From assembly GCA_018027755.1 (NCBI GenBank), contig GCA_018027755.1_4098.1: DNA of 64,000 nucleotides, one strand, 5' to 3'. The position numbers were made by a program, and so were the translations under genes. This DNA is from a phage. The notes under the pieces were generated by a model that worked only from the letters and a program-made list of their open reading frames with translations, had not been told where the DNA came from and ran no database searches. Of the stretch, positions 36,847 through 47,594 are shown one piece after another (positions within the stretch are counted from its first letter, which is position 1; every line of letters starts with the position of its first letter).

Positions 36847-37166
36847 TTAAAGTAATGTACGCTACTCATATTAAACTACTACTTGTTAAATTTGATTATA
36901 ATAAAAAACATAATGATTTCTATACTTTAATTCGTGATGAAAATACATTCTCCTTGCGATGCAACAATATACCCTTGAAGATAAATGATTTTACTTCACT
37001 TGACGAGGGGGAATTATTTCAAGAATCATTAGTTTTTAATAGTAATATAAAAATTGATATAGAAGTTATTAAAAAATACCAGATTCTATTGAACAAAATT
37101 ATGAATTGTTATCCATGTGAAATAGGTGGTCATATGCAGTTCAAATCAAAAATGTATGAATTATGA
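36825..37166 (+). CDS. Fam-B paralog
   Basis: motif EGELFQESLVFN. Confidence 0.6.
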   Translation: MRRESELVKVMYATHIKLLLVKFDYNKKHNDFYTLIRDENTFSLRCNNIPLKINDFTSLDEGELFQESLVFNSNIKIDIEVIKKYQILLNKIMNCYPCEIGGHMQFKSKMYEL

Positions 37167-37173
37167 GGTTTAT

Positions 37174-37710
37174 ATGTTAGATAAAAAAATGAACTCTGGA
37201 ACCCAATATAATCATCTTAAGTTGGATACATTCGAATCAGCTATCAGTACAGCACAAGATATAATTGATATTATCAAGTTCATTAAAGAAGATAAGTTCA
37301 AATGTTTGAAAATACTAAATCGTTCAATGTACCGTGATAAAAATATTCATGTATCAGTACGTAGACCGAAAGATCAAGAAAGTGGGAGAGATTTCTATAA
37401 CAACAGTGAGCAGTTCGAATGTGAATATGATCCAGAATTTAGAGGTGGTTTCATGTGTTACAGTATGAAGGATACCTCACACATTGAGATACGTTCATCG
37501 AAAGGTGGCATACGTACATTAGAGTTTATTGATATAGTTTTAAATCAGGAATACTACTTTCAACTATCATTATTGTTTCCTGCATACGATTTAGGAGTTC
37601 TATTCATGTATAAGTACTTTCATGAGCACTGGAATGAAGACTTCTATCTGGACTTAGAAGATTACCAATTAGTTTGGGAAGAAATGGTAGAACTTCGCAA
37701 CCACTCTTGA
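37174..37710 (+). CDS. Fam-B paralog
   Basis: motif NQEYYFQLSLLF; internal ATG (track 37126). Confidence 0.6.
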   Translation: MLDKKMNSGTQYNHLKLDTFESAISTAQDIIDIIKFIKEDKFKCLKILNRSMYRDKNIHVSVRRPKDQESGRDFYNNSEQFECEYDPEFRGGFMCYSMKDTSHIEIRSSKGGIRTLEFIDIVLNQEYYFQLSLLFPAYDLGVLFMYKYFHEHWNEDFYLDLEDYQLVWEEMVELRNHS

Positions 37711-37736
37711 CACCCACCGATTTTTTGTGATATAAT
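37707..37736 (+). promoter_or_regulatory. internal promoter with extended -10
   Basis: TTGACA-18-TGaTATAAT; stem-loop CCCTTTA/TAAAGGG follows. Confidence 0.5.
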
Positions 37737-37769
37737 CCCTTTATATTAATTGTAAAGGGTTATAACACA

Positions 37770-38246
37770 ATGTCCAAAGACCTATCATTTAGCAATGCAC
37801 AAAAAATAGCAAAAGACATTATCAGGGTTTATAAATTCCTTGCGAATGTTACTGAAGATTTTTCCGTGGGCAAACATACAGTCAAAAAACGAAATGGATA
37901 CCTTTCCTTTATGGATGGGTTACTCTATAGTTCAGATGAATCAACTTGTAGTATTAGAGTGCTTGATGAAGTACCAAGTGGTGATTTTATTTCATACCAT
38001 TTCCCAAGTTCAGATAATTTCAAATACTACAATCATCTTCTTATAAATGAAGCATTTGATACGATTGTAATTAACACTGAAGAAGAGTTCTTCCAGTACA
38101 ATACTGTGTATCCAGAGAGGATTGTTTTCAGTTCAGTGATTTTAACAGCCCTTAAAAATGAACTAAATTCCGATAGTGATCATTTCTACTTGGACCTGAA
38201 CAATGTCGATTGTATTATTGAGTACCTGGAGAAAAATGGTTTATGA
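37770..38246 (+). CDS. Fam-B paralog
   Basis: motif EEEFFQYNTVYP. Confidence 0.6.
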   Translation: MSKDLSFSNAQKIAKDIIRVYKFLANVTEDFSVGKHTVKKRNGYLSFMDGLLYSSDESTCSIRVLDEVPSGDFISYHFPSSDNFKYYNHLLINEAFDTIVINTEEEFFQYNTVYPERIVFSSVILTALKNELNSDSDHFYLDLNNVDCIIEYLEKNGL

Positions 38247-38737
38247 TTACTACAGAATATGATTACGATGGTGTTTTAGAATTTGCAGAAAATATCTATC
38301 GCATTGCAAAGGAGTTCAGAAGTCCTAAACCTTTTGGTGGTATGTTTCAATACGATGAGTTCAGTTCATCTAAAGGAAGACTAGCATTTACTAATGGTAG
38401 AGGTAATCAAATCTACGCGGAGTACTTTGATGATAATGACTTTCATTACAAAGCAGAATACATTTCATATTGCCCTGGGTCTGATTTGAAGATTAATATT
38501 GATACATTTAGAGAAGCAGTATTTGTTCCGTATAATGATTTAGTATTCATGTCAGAGGAAATGTACTTTCAGGGTTCTTGTATTCATGATGTAAAAGTAC
38601 TTAATGCTATGTTATTTTATGGTGCACTACTTCATCATTACAAATACAAACAACGATTCTTTTTAGATTTAGCAGTATACTATAAATGCGTGGATTATTT
38701 GAATGCAAAATACGACAACAATTCAGTACATGACTGA
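38243..38737 (+). CDS. Fam-B paralog
   Basis: motif EEMYFQGSCIHD; ATGA overlap. Confidence 0.6.
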   Translation: MITTEYDYDGVLEFAENIYRIAKEFRSPKPFGGMFQYDEFSSSKGRLAFTNGRGNQIYAEYFDDNDFHYKAEYISYCPGSDLKINIDTFREAVFVPYNDLVFMSEEMYFQGSCIHDVKVLNAMLFYGALLHHYKYKQRFFLDLAVYYKCVDYLNAKYDNNSVHD

Positions 38738-39065
38738 TGGTACTGAATACTTTGTTTCAAGATATGTAATCAACCACAACCATTATGTAACCTATATTCC
38801 AGAATACAATCAATTTTATATCCAGATTTATCAATATAATGGAAAGATAAATGATATATATTCAGAAATAAAAATCCCTGATTATAGTACTTTATCAGAA
38901 GAGGAATTATTTCAGGAGAGCACTATAAGTACTGAAGATGTGTACGAAATAATGGAATACCAGAAGGTACTTAAACATTTTCATGAAGCAAATGATATAC
39001 AAATCGATATTGTTAAACCGTGGTGTTACAATACATATGAGGTAAATTATGTTAGAAATGATTAA
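38703..39065 (+). CDS. Fam-B paralog
   Basis: motif EEELFQESTIST. Confidence 0.6.
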   Translation: MQNTTTIQYMTDGTEYFVSRYVINHNHYVTYIPEYNQFYIQIYQYNGKINDIYSEIKIPDYSTLSEEELFQESTISTEDVYEIMEYQKVLKHFHEANDIQIDIVKPWCYNTYEVNYVRND

Positions 39066-39462
39066 AATTATGCAACGTTGTGTTGTTGACCAACACGGGA
39101 TATATGGATATCGTTTAAGTGCTCCTATTGACAAAAATAAAACAACCTATGTAAGCTATAATGCTGTACAAGGATTTGATATATTCATTAGTACTAATTA
39201 TCAAATCAAACAAGCTAAAGATGTGTCTATAATGACCCCTGATGAGTTATTTCAGTACAGCTTAGTCTTTCCTACATGTATCGATTTACAACGTCTAGGA
39301 GCGATACAGAAGGTTTTACGCGAACATAAAGTACAACCCAATAAAGTCACACACATTCCAGAAACAATCTTCAAAACCATAGAAGTAGAAACTCCTGATT
39401 ATATGTTAAGTGATGATGAGTACTACGAGAAACACTTCCCTGGTAAAGTTTGGAGAGACTAA
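39049..39462 (+). CDS. Fam-B paralog
   Basis: motif PDELFQYSLVFP. Confidence 0.6.
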   Translation: MLEMIKIMQRCVVDQHGIYGYRLSAPIDKNKTTYVSYNAVQGFDIFISTNYQIKQAKDVSIMTPDELFQYSLVFPTCIDLQRLGAIQKVLREHKVQPNKVTHIPETIFKTIEVETPDYMLSDDEYYEKHFPGKVWRD

Positions 39463-39953
39463 TGAACCGAAAGTACAGAGAAACTATGAAGTTCGCTAGG
39501 GAGTGTTTAGAAGTGTTTGAGTTCATCAATGCTCATAAAGATTTACTCCATAGATACATTGCAATCAGTGAGACAGATGACCATAGGTACATATGTTCTC
39601 GAATTCAAGATAAGATATATAAGATTGTGTTCTCGGAAACATACACAGATACATCTAATTCACTATATGATTTTGCACGTACTGATTACGTTTCATACAA
39701 ATCTTGGTCTGATAGTATTAAAATTGTGCACAAGCAAAATACATTTTATTCTTTTCTTACGGACATTTCCGAAGAAAGTTACTTTCAAAACAGTTTAATT
39801 TATACAGAAAAAGAACTCAAAATGTTATATATTATGTCGTACTTTAAAAAGTACTGCAAATTTAATACATTATCTTTTGAGATTTCTGCAATGAAAGTAT
39901 TCATTAAAAATGTAAAAGAATTAAAGAGGGCTTTTAATGTACATAGAAAATGA
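39462..39953 (+). CDS. Fam-B paralog
   Basis: motif EESYFQNSLIYT; internal ATG (track 39450). Confidence 0.6.
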   Translation: MNRKYRETMKFARECLEVFEFINAHKDLLHRYIAISETDDHRYICSRIQDKIYKIVFSETYTDTSNSLYDFARTDYVSYKSWSDSIKIVHKQNTFYSFLTDISEESYFQNSLIYTEKELKMLYIMSYFKKYCKFNTLSFEISAMKVFIKNVKELKRAFNVHRK

Positions 39954-40479
39954 GAATGTAAAATGCATTACTGACATTTGTATAAAATTAATGAAAATTT
40001 TCATTAATCCAAAATACAAAAAACGTTCATTACATCATAATATTGATGAGCATTGTACCATTAATATACTAGGTAGTATTCTTGATGTAAAATATGATGG
40101 TAAAATGTTATTCGGTATAAGAGAAGAGAAAATAGATGATGCATTCTTTTCCTGTAAAGATAAATTTGAACCTTCTGATTATAAAGTAATTATTCGTGAT
40201 GATAGCATCTACATTAGTAGTGATTATTCAAATTACTTCGATAAAATATACACTGAAAACGTTGACTACCATTATGAAATGATAGATTTACCAGTAACAG
40301 ACATTGATATGGAGAGAATCAAATTTTCATTATCAGATAATGAGTACTTAGGTATACAAACATATTATTCACTACAAGGAAAGATTCCACCTGCTATGTA
40401 TATAAGGATTGAGATTGGTAATGTATTCAATGATAAGGTTATATCAATTGCTGATAAAATATTGAGGGTTGAATTATGA
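39937..40479 (+). CDS. hypothetical protein (180 aa)
   Basis: track ORF; no clear family motif. Confidence 0.5.
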   Translation: MYIENENVKCITDICIKLMKIFINPKYKKRSLHHNIDEHCTINILGSILDVKYDGKMLFGIREEKIDDAFFSCKDKFEPSDYKVIIRDDSIYISSDYSNYFDKIYTENVDYHYEMIDLPVTDIDMERIKFSLSDNEYLGIQTYYSLQGKIPPAMYIRIEIGNVFNDKVISIADKILRVEL

Positions 40480-41039
40480 ATATCAATGATTACCAATTTC
40501 ATAGGCTTGAATTTCGTCATTGTGTTGCATTTGCAAAAACATTGATGTGCATCATTGACACTCTTTCATCCAAACAATTTCGTAAGGATAATGATTTATT
40601 TCTGAAAAAAGGTCGTGTAACATCAACCGATATCGGTATTGAACTATTTGTTGATATCAGTGTTGATACCGGAGACAGTACAAGGGTTGGTTGTATAGGT
40701 CATATTGGTACACATTGCTTCACATGGAATCCAAATACAAGTCAAGTGCGAATTGATTATAGAAATTCACGTTGGGTTGATCTTAGTACTGAATCAGATT
40801 TAGAATCAGCTATGTTCCAGCTAAGTTTAATTCATAATCCTAATGAACTTCTTTACATTATTACTTTCAGTTATCTGTTACAAAACTACGATAATCCATC
40901 AGGGTTTTTCATGGAATCGGATATAGAAGAAATTATGGCAGTGTTTCCTAGTTTAAAGGATATTCTGGAAGAAAAAGATTTCTATGAAGACTTCAGAGAT
41001 TTATACGACATGCACTTGGAGTTATTTAAGAATGGATAA
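40476..41039 (+). CDS. Fam-B paralog
   Basis: motif ESAMFQLSLIHN; ATGA overlap. Confidence 0.6.
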   Translation: MNINDYQFHRLEFRHCVAFAKTLMCIIDTLSSKQFRKDNDLFLKKGRVTSTDIGIELFVDISVDTGDSTRVGCIGHIGTHCFTWNPNTSQVRIDYRNSRWVDLSTESDLESAMFQLSLIHNPNELLYIITFSYLLQNYDNPSGFFMESDIEEIMAVFPSLKDILEEKDFYEDFRDLYDMHLELFKNG

Positions 41040-41550
41040 AGATGATATTCTAATTAGACTAATTAATAGTTTAATAAAGTTCTCAAATAATGATGTCGAT
41101 ACATACAAAGTAGGGGATATTGAATTTAAATCATTTGGTATGTACGGTGAGGATAAAACATATTATGCGTCAATGAAATTTCAAGATTTTCACGAGATGT
41201 TAATATCGTTATCATATGAAGATGTTGATCCAAGATGGAGTTCCAGTATTTCACTATCGAGAATGGTAATTCGTAGTAAGCATCGTTATATTTCGTCAAA
41301 GAATACTCCTAACTTGATTAATATTGTGTTGAATGAAAATACAAATCCCCTATCTAAACATGATATCGTACCGTTAACCGATGAAGTTCTTTTTCAATTG
41401 AGTACCATTTGTGATGAAGATGTGATATCATGTATGAAAATTTATGAGAAGGTTGGGAGTGATATTCCCATGAACTATTACCTAACTATAGATGGAACGT
41501 ACCTTCGAGATGAGGTTCTAGCGTACATTGACAGTGTTTTACCCAAATAA
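41032..41550 (+). CDS. Fam-B paralog
   Basis: motif DEVLFQLSTICD; internal ATG (track 40984). Confidence 0.6.
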   Translation: MDKDDILIRLINSLIKFSNNDVDTYKVGDIEFKSFGMYGEDKTYYASMKFQDFHEMLISLSYEDVDPRWSSSISLSRMVIRSKHRYISSKNTPNLINIVLNENTNPLSKHDIVPLTDEVLFQLSTICDEDVISCMKIYEKVGSDIPMNYYLTIDGTYLRDEVLAYIDSVLPK

Positions 41551-41570
41551 AGACCCGTATGGGTCTTTTT
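41551..41570 (+). terminator. rho-independent terminator
   Basis: stem AGACCC/GGGTCT then T-run. Confidence 0.75.
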
Positions 41571-41637
41571 GTGTTTATGGCTTTACAAGAGCATTCAGGT
41601 GTGTTATACTTGATTTTAAATAGAGTTGGAGGAATCT

Positions 41638-42204
41638 ATGAGTACTGAATTAATTAAAGAAGTCACATTACTTCTGAAGCATTGTTTTAAGTTCATTCCT
41701 GATACTGGTTCCCGCCAGTACATTAAAGTTAATGAGAAATATAACATCAATATCCTTGTATCTGAAACTGCGAGCAGTTATGCTAACATTGAGTTGGATT
41801 CTGAAGAAAAATATACAGTATTACAAATCATAGCAGATGTACAACGTAAACAAGATTATCGTTCTTCATTTTACAACGATCATCTGTGTGTTTGCTCAAA
41901 CTTCAGTGAGAATAAAATTGTGTATAAGAATTTATACACACATGAAGTGATTGATACATATAATTATAAAATTTCATCTGATGAATACAATGTTCTAATG
42001 TTCAACGCAAACCTTTTGTATGATGCCAGTACTGTACGCTGTTTAGAGTTAGCATATAAAATTCCAAAGATCATGGAAAGAAAAGATTTGATTCACTTTA
42101 AAACTATTTTAAAATACAGTACAAAAGAATTAGAGGATTTAGTACAGGCTCTTAAGAATTTCATTAATGAACATGTACCTGTTAAATTCGAGGATGCACA
42201 ATGA
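41638..42204 (+). CDS. Fam-B-like paralog (divergent)
   Basis: SD GGAGG; degenerate motif region YNVLMFNANLLYD. Confidence 0.55.
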   Translation: MSTELIKEVTLLLKHCFKFIPDTGSRQYIKVNEKYNINILVSETASSYANIELDSEEKYTVLQIIADVQRKQDYRSSFYNDHLCVCSNFSENKIVYKNLYTHEVIDTYNYKISSDEYNVLMFNANLLYDASTVRCLELAYKIPKIMERKDLIHFKTILKYSTKELEDLVQALKNFINEHVPVKFEDAQ

Positions 42205-42785
42205 ACCATATCAGAACTAAAATTTTGAGACTCATGCATGACATTGCAGAACTTTCAGAGATTCATGACATTACGGAAATTGTTGAATTTGATAATTATC
42301 GACTGAAAATTGAAAACAAATCCAAACATCGTTTTGGTTCAGTTCAGTTGGATGTATATAAAACTTATGAATTTTCTAAAAAAATTAAAAGTTCATGGGA
42401 TACGATTACTATGTACATTCGCACATCCAGAAATCGTGAACGTATTGGTTCTATTTCTTATAATATGGTATTTGCGAATGCATTACATGAAAAAATGAAT
42501 AAAATTGTAGAATCTAATTTCAGTGAAGATGATGGTTTTATTGGGTTGGATGTTCCACCAGAATTAGACCAAAGTGAAGATATTCGAGATGCATTCATTT
42601 TCCAGAAATCATTGTTGGACAATTACAAAGAATTCGAGTACTTAATGCTTTGTTACGATACTGCAAAAGTTCTTGATTGTGGTGAACTAGTTATGTACAA
42701 TGATTTTATCAATTACAAGACTGATGTTCTGAATACACTACTTCAAAATATAGAATCGGTTAAGGAAAAATATGAACGCTTATAG
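42201..42785 (+). CDS. Fam-B paralog
   Basis: motif RDAFIFQKSLLD; ATGA overlap. Confidence 0.6.
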   Translation: MNHIRTKILRLMHDIAELSEIHDITEIVEFDNYRLKIENKSKHRFGSVQLDVYKTYEFSKKIKSSWDTITMYIRTSRNRERIGSISYNMVFANALHEKMNKIVESNFSEDDGFIGLDVPPELDQSEDIRDAFIFQKSLLDNYKEFEYLMLCYDTAKVLDCGELVMYNDFINYKTDVLNTLLQNIESVKEKYERL

Positions 42786-43350
42786 TTATATGACAGAACG
42801 CCATCAGTTATTATATGATATCAGTACAAAAATGTTATCAATTGTTAGTAGTGCAAAAGAAATTGAAAAACAATACCTCATCCGTGATGTAGCAATTTCA
42901 TCTAAATGTTGGTCCAATGAATATTACGATCACGGTATTCTTACTATTTCTGGGGCCAGAAATATTTGTATTGTAAAAAATAAAAGTAAAAGTAATGAAG
43001 AGTGTGAGATTAGAACCGATATACAAATTAAGGATGATGGAAGTTTTTCACATCACCCATTCCATATTAGTACTGTTGGTGTTTTATATAATATTAAAGT
43101 TCTATTCGGTGATGAAGAGTATGTGTTAAAAGCTATCAATCCAGATTCAAGTACAGTTGAAGAAGAACTGTTCCAGATGAGCACTGTTATACCTGAAGAG
43201 GTTCTTAGTACTGTTATTTTTTGTAGTTTAATTTATCATGAATACAAAAAGTACCAGTTCGATTTCCACATGTTAGGAACATACATCTTCAATAATTTGA
43301 ATGTAGATCGTTTAAAAGCATTAAATGCAGCAATGGATAAGGTGCTATAA
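42772..43350 (+). CDS. Fam-B paralog
   Basis: motif EEELFQMSTVIP. Confidence 0.6.
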   Translation: MNAYSYMTERHQLLYDISTKMLSIVSSAKEIEKQYLIRDVAISSKCWSNEYYDHGILTISGARNICIVKNKSKSNEECEIRTDIQIKDDGSFSHHPFHISTVGVLYNIKVLFGDEEYVLKAINPDSSTVEEELFQMSTVIPEEVLSTVIFCSLIYHEYKKYQFDFHMLGTYIFNNLNVDRLKALNAAMDKVL

Positions 43351-43778
43351 TGACAAGAGATGATTGTTTGTACATATGGGATATAATTGAAACTACACTT
43401 TCAAATCCAGAAAATTATAAAACAAAAAAAAGACAACGACACAAAATATGGATAGATTTGTTCGTTGAGGGCATACACGCAGTAACTATTTGGGATTCAC
43501 CGAGGGCATCATCATCTACTCTGTTGGACAATGAATGCATTGATTGCATTAATTCCACTTTTCATCTCCACGGTACTACAATTTTTGGTACATTTCTGGA
43601 TATTGAAAGTAAAGATGATATTGATTCACTTGCGTTACAATACCAAGTACTGTATAATACTAAATTAATTTACGATTTAGTACTAGCTTCTTATGTGTAT
43701 AAATTAATGATGAAATATAATCATATTTCTGTTTCAGTTTATACTAAGGATATTCTTTCATTAAGAGACAAAACATGA
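43350..43778 (+). CDS. Fam-B-like paralog (divergent)
   Basis: degenerate motif ALQYQVLYNT; ATG overlaps upstream stop. Confidence 0.5.
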   Translation: MTRDDCLYIWDIIETTLSNPENYKTKKRQRHKIWIDLFVEGIHAVTIWDSPRASSSTLLDNECIDCINSTFHLHGTTIFGTFLDIESKDDIDSLALQYQVLYNTKLIYDLVLASYVYKLMMKYNHISVSVYTKDILSLRDKT

Positions 43779-44284
43779 GTTTATTAAATGCACGCGAATT
43801 GGTTGAGATGTATGAGATTTTGTCTTCATATAAAAATTCTCATGGAGATGTGATTCTCGACAAAAAGTTCCATGTCAGTGTTGAACATATATCAAATATA
43901 GATATGATTTCTTTGGTGGAAAGTAATAAGTCAGGTCTTGAACGCGATATCATGCGTTTGATTTATATTCCCAAACCATCATATACTAATGATAGTTCAA
44001 TTAGTAATGAGACATTCATGTATAGTCCCGGTACGGATTCTACTATAGTATCGCTGTCCAATAAATCAATGGATACTTTCCAATTCATATATACCAGTAC
44101 TGATAACATTGAAGAAATTGAATTTCAAAACAATACATTAAGTCCATGTAGTAGTGTTATAACCTTTATGTCATATCTATGGTCAACTAAAACAAGTGCT
44201 GTTGTATATAGTTCAAATTATACACAAGATAGTATTGTTGAATCATATAAAGTTCTAAAGGAATACTATGAAAATAACAAATGA
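43775..44284 (+). CDS. Fam-B-like paralog (divergent)
   Basis: degenerate motif EEIEFQNNTLSP. Confidence 0.5.
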   Translation: MSLLNARELVEMYEILSSYKNSHGDVILDKKFHVSVEHISNIDMISLVESNKSGLERDIMRLIYIPKPSYTNDSSISNETFMYSPGTDSTIVSLSNKSMDTFQFIYTSTDNIEEIEFQNNTLSPCSSVITFMSYLWSTKTSAVVYSSNYTQDSIVESYKVLKEYYENNK

Positions 44285-44849
44285 TTTTATTAAAAGTGTA
44301 GTACACCCTATGCTTAGTATTATGAAAAAAATACAGAATCTACCGGAAGATAACGATTACAAGTTTAATCGTTTTGATTCAGATGTGTTTTGTATTGAAA
44401 TTGAAATTAATAACAATCGCAATTTACATTTAAAATTCAAAGAATCTTCGAGTCCGTACTACAACTTTGATATGAATTTTAAAATAGATACTGACATTGA
44501 AGAAAACATAATATCAAATCATACTAGCAAAAATGGTTTTATGCATAGAACTACTATGTACAATAATAAAAATAGTATTATATCTAAATGGAATCAACAA
44601 TTCACTAAAATTTGTGAAATTGAATATAATGATTTTGGTGAAGAGAATTACTTTCAGTTAAGTACAATTCATGAACTTCCACCGTATGATTATGTTAAAA
44701 CATGGTTTGATATTCATAATATAATTGATGATGCAATCAAACTTCCATTTGGTGTGTCAATATCATATACTGCTCCTAAAACATTTGTTTTTACTGAAGA
44801 TATGATTATGAAAAAGATATGGGCAATTATCCCACTTATGATGGATTAA
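44268..44849 (+). CDS. Fam-B paralog
   Basis: motif EENYFQLSTIHE. Confidence 0.6.
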   Translation: MKITNDFIKSVVHPMLSIMKKIQNLPEDNDYKFNRFDSDVFCIEIEINNNRNLHLKFKESSSPYYNFDMNFKIDTDIEENIISNHTSKNGFMHRTTMYNNKNSIISKWNQQFTKICEIEYNDFGEENYFQLSTIHELPPYDYVKTWFDIHNIIDDAIKLPFGVSISYTAPKTFVFTEDMIMKKIWAIIPLMMD

Positions 44850-44854
44850 ATTCG

Positions 44855-44880
44855 TACCAGGGGTTGACTCTGGTATTTTT
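44855..44880 (+). terminator. terminator-like hairpin
   Basis: stem TACCAG/CTGGTA then T-run. Confidence 0.5.
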
Positions 44881-44910
44881 GTATGATACATTGTCCTAAA
44901 GGAGAATTTT

Positions 44911-45462
44911 ATGAACTACAATCATGATCTTTTTACATTATGTGCATCCAAATGTGTTGATGGATGGACAGATAAAATCAATACCATAATTCATCGATAT
45001 CTGGTCTTTAGTTCTCGTGCACGAAGTGAGGGGGCTATGGATTTCAAATATACACTATCTATTGATGGTGTAACTATCCATGCAGACGAAGAACGTCTGA
45101 GCATTAATTTGTATGATTCCTGTGTATTTGCTATTCACCAAAAGATGGGGAAAGGATGGGGTTGTAATAACATTAACTCAAAAGCTATCTTTTGGGTTGG
45201 TCACCACCAGACAGTACTTGATCCTTCAATCAAATCTAATCTTTTATCCGATAATATGGTTTATGATTTATTGTACTCCGAAGAACAACATTTTCAGTTA
45301 AGTACATTACATGATCTGGCACAGTACGAGGATTGTTACAAAACTTTAGAACTATGCCATTCCCTTGAACTTAAAGATAAATTGATACAAGTTTACCCTT
45401 CATTCTTTCATGAAGAAGTACAAAGTACACTAGATCATATTTTATATGGATACGATAAATGA
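44911..45462 (+). CDS. Fam-B paralog
   Basis: motif EEQHFQLSTLHD; SD AAAGGAGA. Confidence 0.65.
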   Translation: MNYNHDLFTLCASKCVDGWTDKINTIIHRYLVFSSRARSEGAMDFKYTLSIDGVTIHADEERLSINLYDSCVFAIHQKMGKGWGCNNINSKAIFWVGHHQTVLDPSIKSNLLSDNMVYDLLYSEEQHFQLSTLHDLAQYEDCYKTLELCHSLELKDKLIQVYPSFFHEEVQSTLDHILYGYDK

Positions 45463-46061
45463 GAAAAAGTTATCAAGAAGCTATTGACTTAATTCGTGAA
45501 GTTATCAAGGTGGCTCCTGCTGCTATTGAGTTCAAGAAGTCCATATACAAGAAGTATGGTCCAATGTCGAGTATGTGCTTTCAAAAGAAACGTAGTGCAT
45601 ATACTACACAGTACTGGAATGATTCTATCATCCTGAGCAATGAGACTCAGCGTATTTTATCTCTAGAATCTGAACCTACTGATTACGGGGAAGGGAACAT
45701 TTGTGCACCTGATTATGATGAAATTAACTTCAACTGCGGTGATTTTGAAACAACATTATTACTTCATGAGGGTTATCCAGAAGGTGATGTATTAGCTGAG
45801 TACAATCCAAAAACTAAAATTCTCAAAAGAGGAATCCAGTTCACTATTAATAACAAAGATGATGTTCAAGCAGCACTGATGCAACTGAGTACAAGTGAAC
45901 CTATCACTATTAGTGTAGAAGAGTTATGGGGAATTATTTCAGTACTCAATGAGTGCTATAAAGTAAAATCATTGCGTAAACACAGCATTATATTACATAC
46001 CAATATGGCAAATATAAAATGTAAGCACATTCAAGAAATGGTGGTTCCAGATGGACTTTAA
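45459..46061 (+). CDS. Fam-B-like paralog (divergent)
   Basis: degenerate motif AALMQLSTSE; ATGA overlap. Confidence 0.5.
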   Translation: MRKSYQEAIDLIREVIKVAPAAIEFKKSIYKKYGPMSSMCFQKKRSAYTTQYWNDSIILSNETQRILSLESEPTDYGEGNICAPDYDEINFNCGDFETTLLLHEGYPEGDVLAEYNPKTKILKRGIQFTINNKDDVQAALMQLSTSEPITISVEELWGIISVLNECYKVKSLRKHSIILHTNMANIKCKHIQEMVVPDGL

Positions 46062-46635
46062 AGAAATTGAAAGTAAATTAAAGTACTTCAAAGATATCAA
46101 ACTTCTTTGGGAAAAGTATAAAGTTGATTACAATTTCAGTGATGATGACACTGTAAAAACAATTGAGATTAATATCAAAATCAAGTTCAAGAATAATAAT
46201 TATGGTGAAGTAACCTTAAATCATACTGGTATATCACTCAAGGACTATGATGGTTCAACACTCGCATATTTTGACTTCACACCAGAACCAGGTGAAACAC
46301 TACTTAGTGAGATAAATTCCTATGACATGGAAGTGTTCGGCGGGAATCCGTTACTGTTCCGACTTTCTGAAGATTGGAGTGAAGAATACTACACTTACAA
46401 AGATGGTGTAGTACTTGACATTAATGGTGAAGTTGTGAATGACTTGGAAGAACGCTTGTTCCAAGAATTGTGTGTTTCAAATACTTCATATGCATACAAT
46501 CATATCCTTGACATGTTTGATTTATATAGTAAAATAGATGCTGAAATGAATGCACATGGTATTCATTATCTTACAATCAACGACTATGCTCAACTTGAAA
46601 CTGTAGTGAAAGCATTGACTAAAGTACTGAAATAG
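46051..46635 (+). CDS. Fam-B paralog
   Basis: motif EERLFQELCVSN. Confidence 0.6.
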   Translation: MDFKEIESKLKYFKDIKLLWEKYKVDYNFSDDDTVKTIEINIKIKFKNNNYGEVTLNHTGISLKDYDGSTLAYFDFTPEPGETLLSEINSYDMEVFGGNPLLFRLSEDWSEEYYTYKDGVVLDINGEVVNDLEERLFQELCVSNTSYAYNHILDMFDLYSKIDAEMNAHGIHYLTINDYAQLETVVKALTKVLK

Positions 46636-46644
46636 GAATGAAAT

Positions 46645-47058
46645 ATGAAACTGTATCATGCGAGTACTGTAAAAATTGATAACTTTTATATCCCGTATGG
46701 TGGTCTTCATATGGGAGGTAAACACAGTGCTTTGGAAGCTGCATTACGCAAGCTGAGAAGCCCACTGAACGTAGTAGACGCATGTACAGTATACTTGCAT
46801 ACCTTAGAAGTTGATGTTGATAACGTGCTTCTGTGTGAAGATTTAGGCAGTGATGATGAGTGGCGTTCACTTATTGAGAATTGCACTGCTCAAGGTTATG
46901 ATGCTGTTCAGTACAAAAATGATTACGAGCCAGACAATGTTCCTAGCTTTATGATTTGGGATGCATCTAAAGTTCGCATCATTGAAGTTGATGCTATGCA
47001 TATGGATGAAGCTGAAATGATTATCGAAGATTTTCTTGATGAATATGAAGGTGTATAA
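46645..47058 (+). CDS. hypothetical protein (137 aa)
   Basis: track ORF; no family motif; higher GC than neighbours. Confidence 0.55.
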   Translation: MKLYHASTVKIDNFYIPYGGLHMGGKHSALEAALRKLRSPLNVVDACTVYLHTLEVDVDNVLLCEDLGSDDEWRSLIENCTAQGYDAVQYKNDYEPDNVPSFMIWDASKVRIIEVDAMHMDEAEMIIEDFLDEYEGV

Positions 47059-47594
47059 TGACTGACCCGATGGTAGCACTGGCACGTACTAAGTTACTAT
47101 TAAAGATTGGTGAGATTTTTACGGTTCTTCTGTCCAATAATATTGATATTACTGAGCTAGATATTAAGCAACCGTGGGAAGTGACTATGTTCTCGGCGTT
47201 CCACCGATTGTCATATAAAGGTGAAAGTGTTCTTGATTTTAACCCTAAAGCAAAATTCATAGATTATGCTGCGTTGTACAGAGAGTTGCACCGAAATATT
47301 TATTCCGGTTGTATAACCAATAACTTCAAAGAAATTAAAGTTCAAACTGCATCACATGAGTTCAATGATTTACTTTATCCAGAATTTAATCTAACGGAAG
47401 AATTACTCTTTCAGTACTCGTTAATTCTCACAAATCTCGAAACGCTAGAGTACTACAAAGAGTTAGTAGATATTTTTATGAATACACGACTTTCAAAAGA
47501 TATTGTGATATTCTGGTATACAGAGCATGTTACGGAGGAATTGCTTACTGAATTTCTTCTAAATATGACAGCTATAAAGGAGAAGTTATGTTAG
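47058..47594 (+). CDS. Fam-B paralog
   Basis: motif EELLFQYSLILT. Confidence 0.6.
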   Translation: MTDPMVALARTKLLLKIGEIFTVLLSNNIDITELDIKQPWEVTMFSAFHRLSYKGESVLDFNPKAKFIDYAALYRELHRNIYSGCITNNFKEIKVQTASHEFNDLLYPEFNLTEELLFQYSLILTNLETLEYYKELVDIFMNTRLSKDIVIFWYTEHVTEELLTEFLLNMTAIKEKLC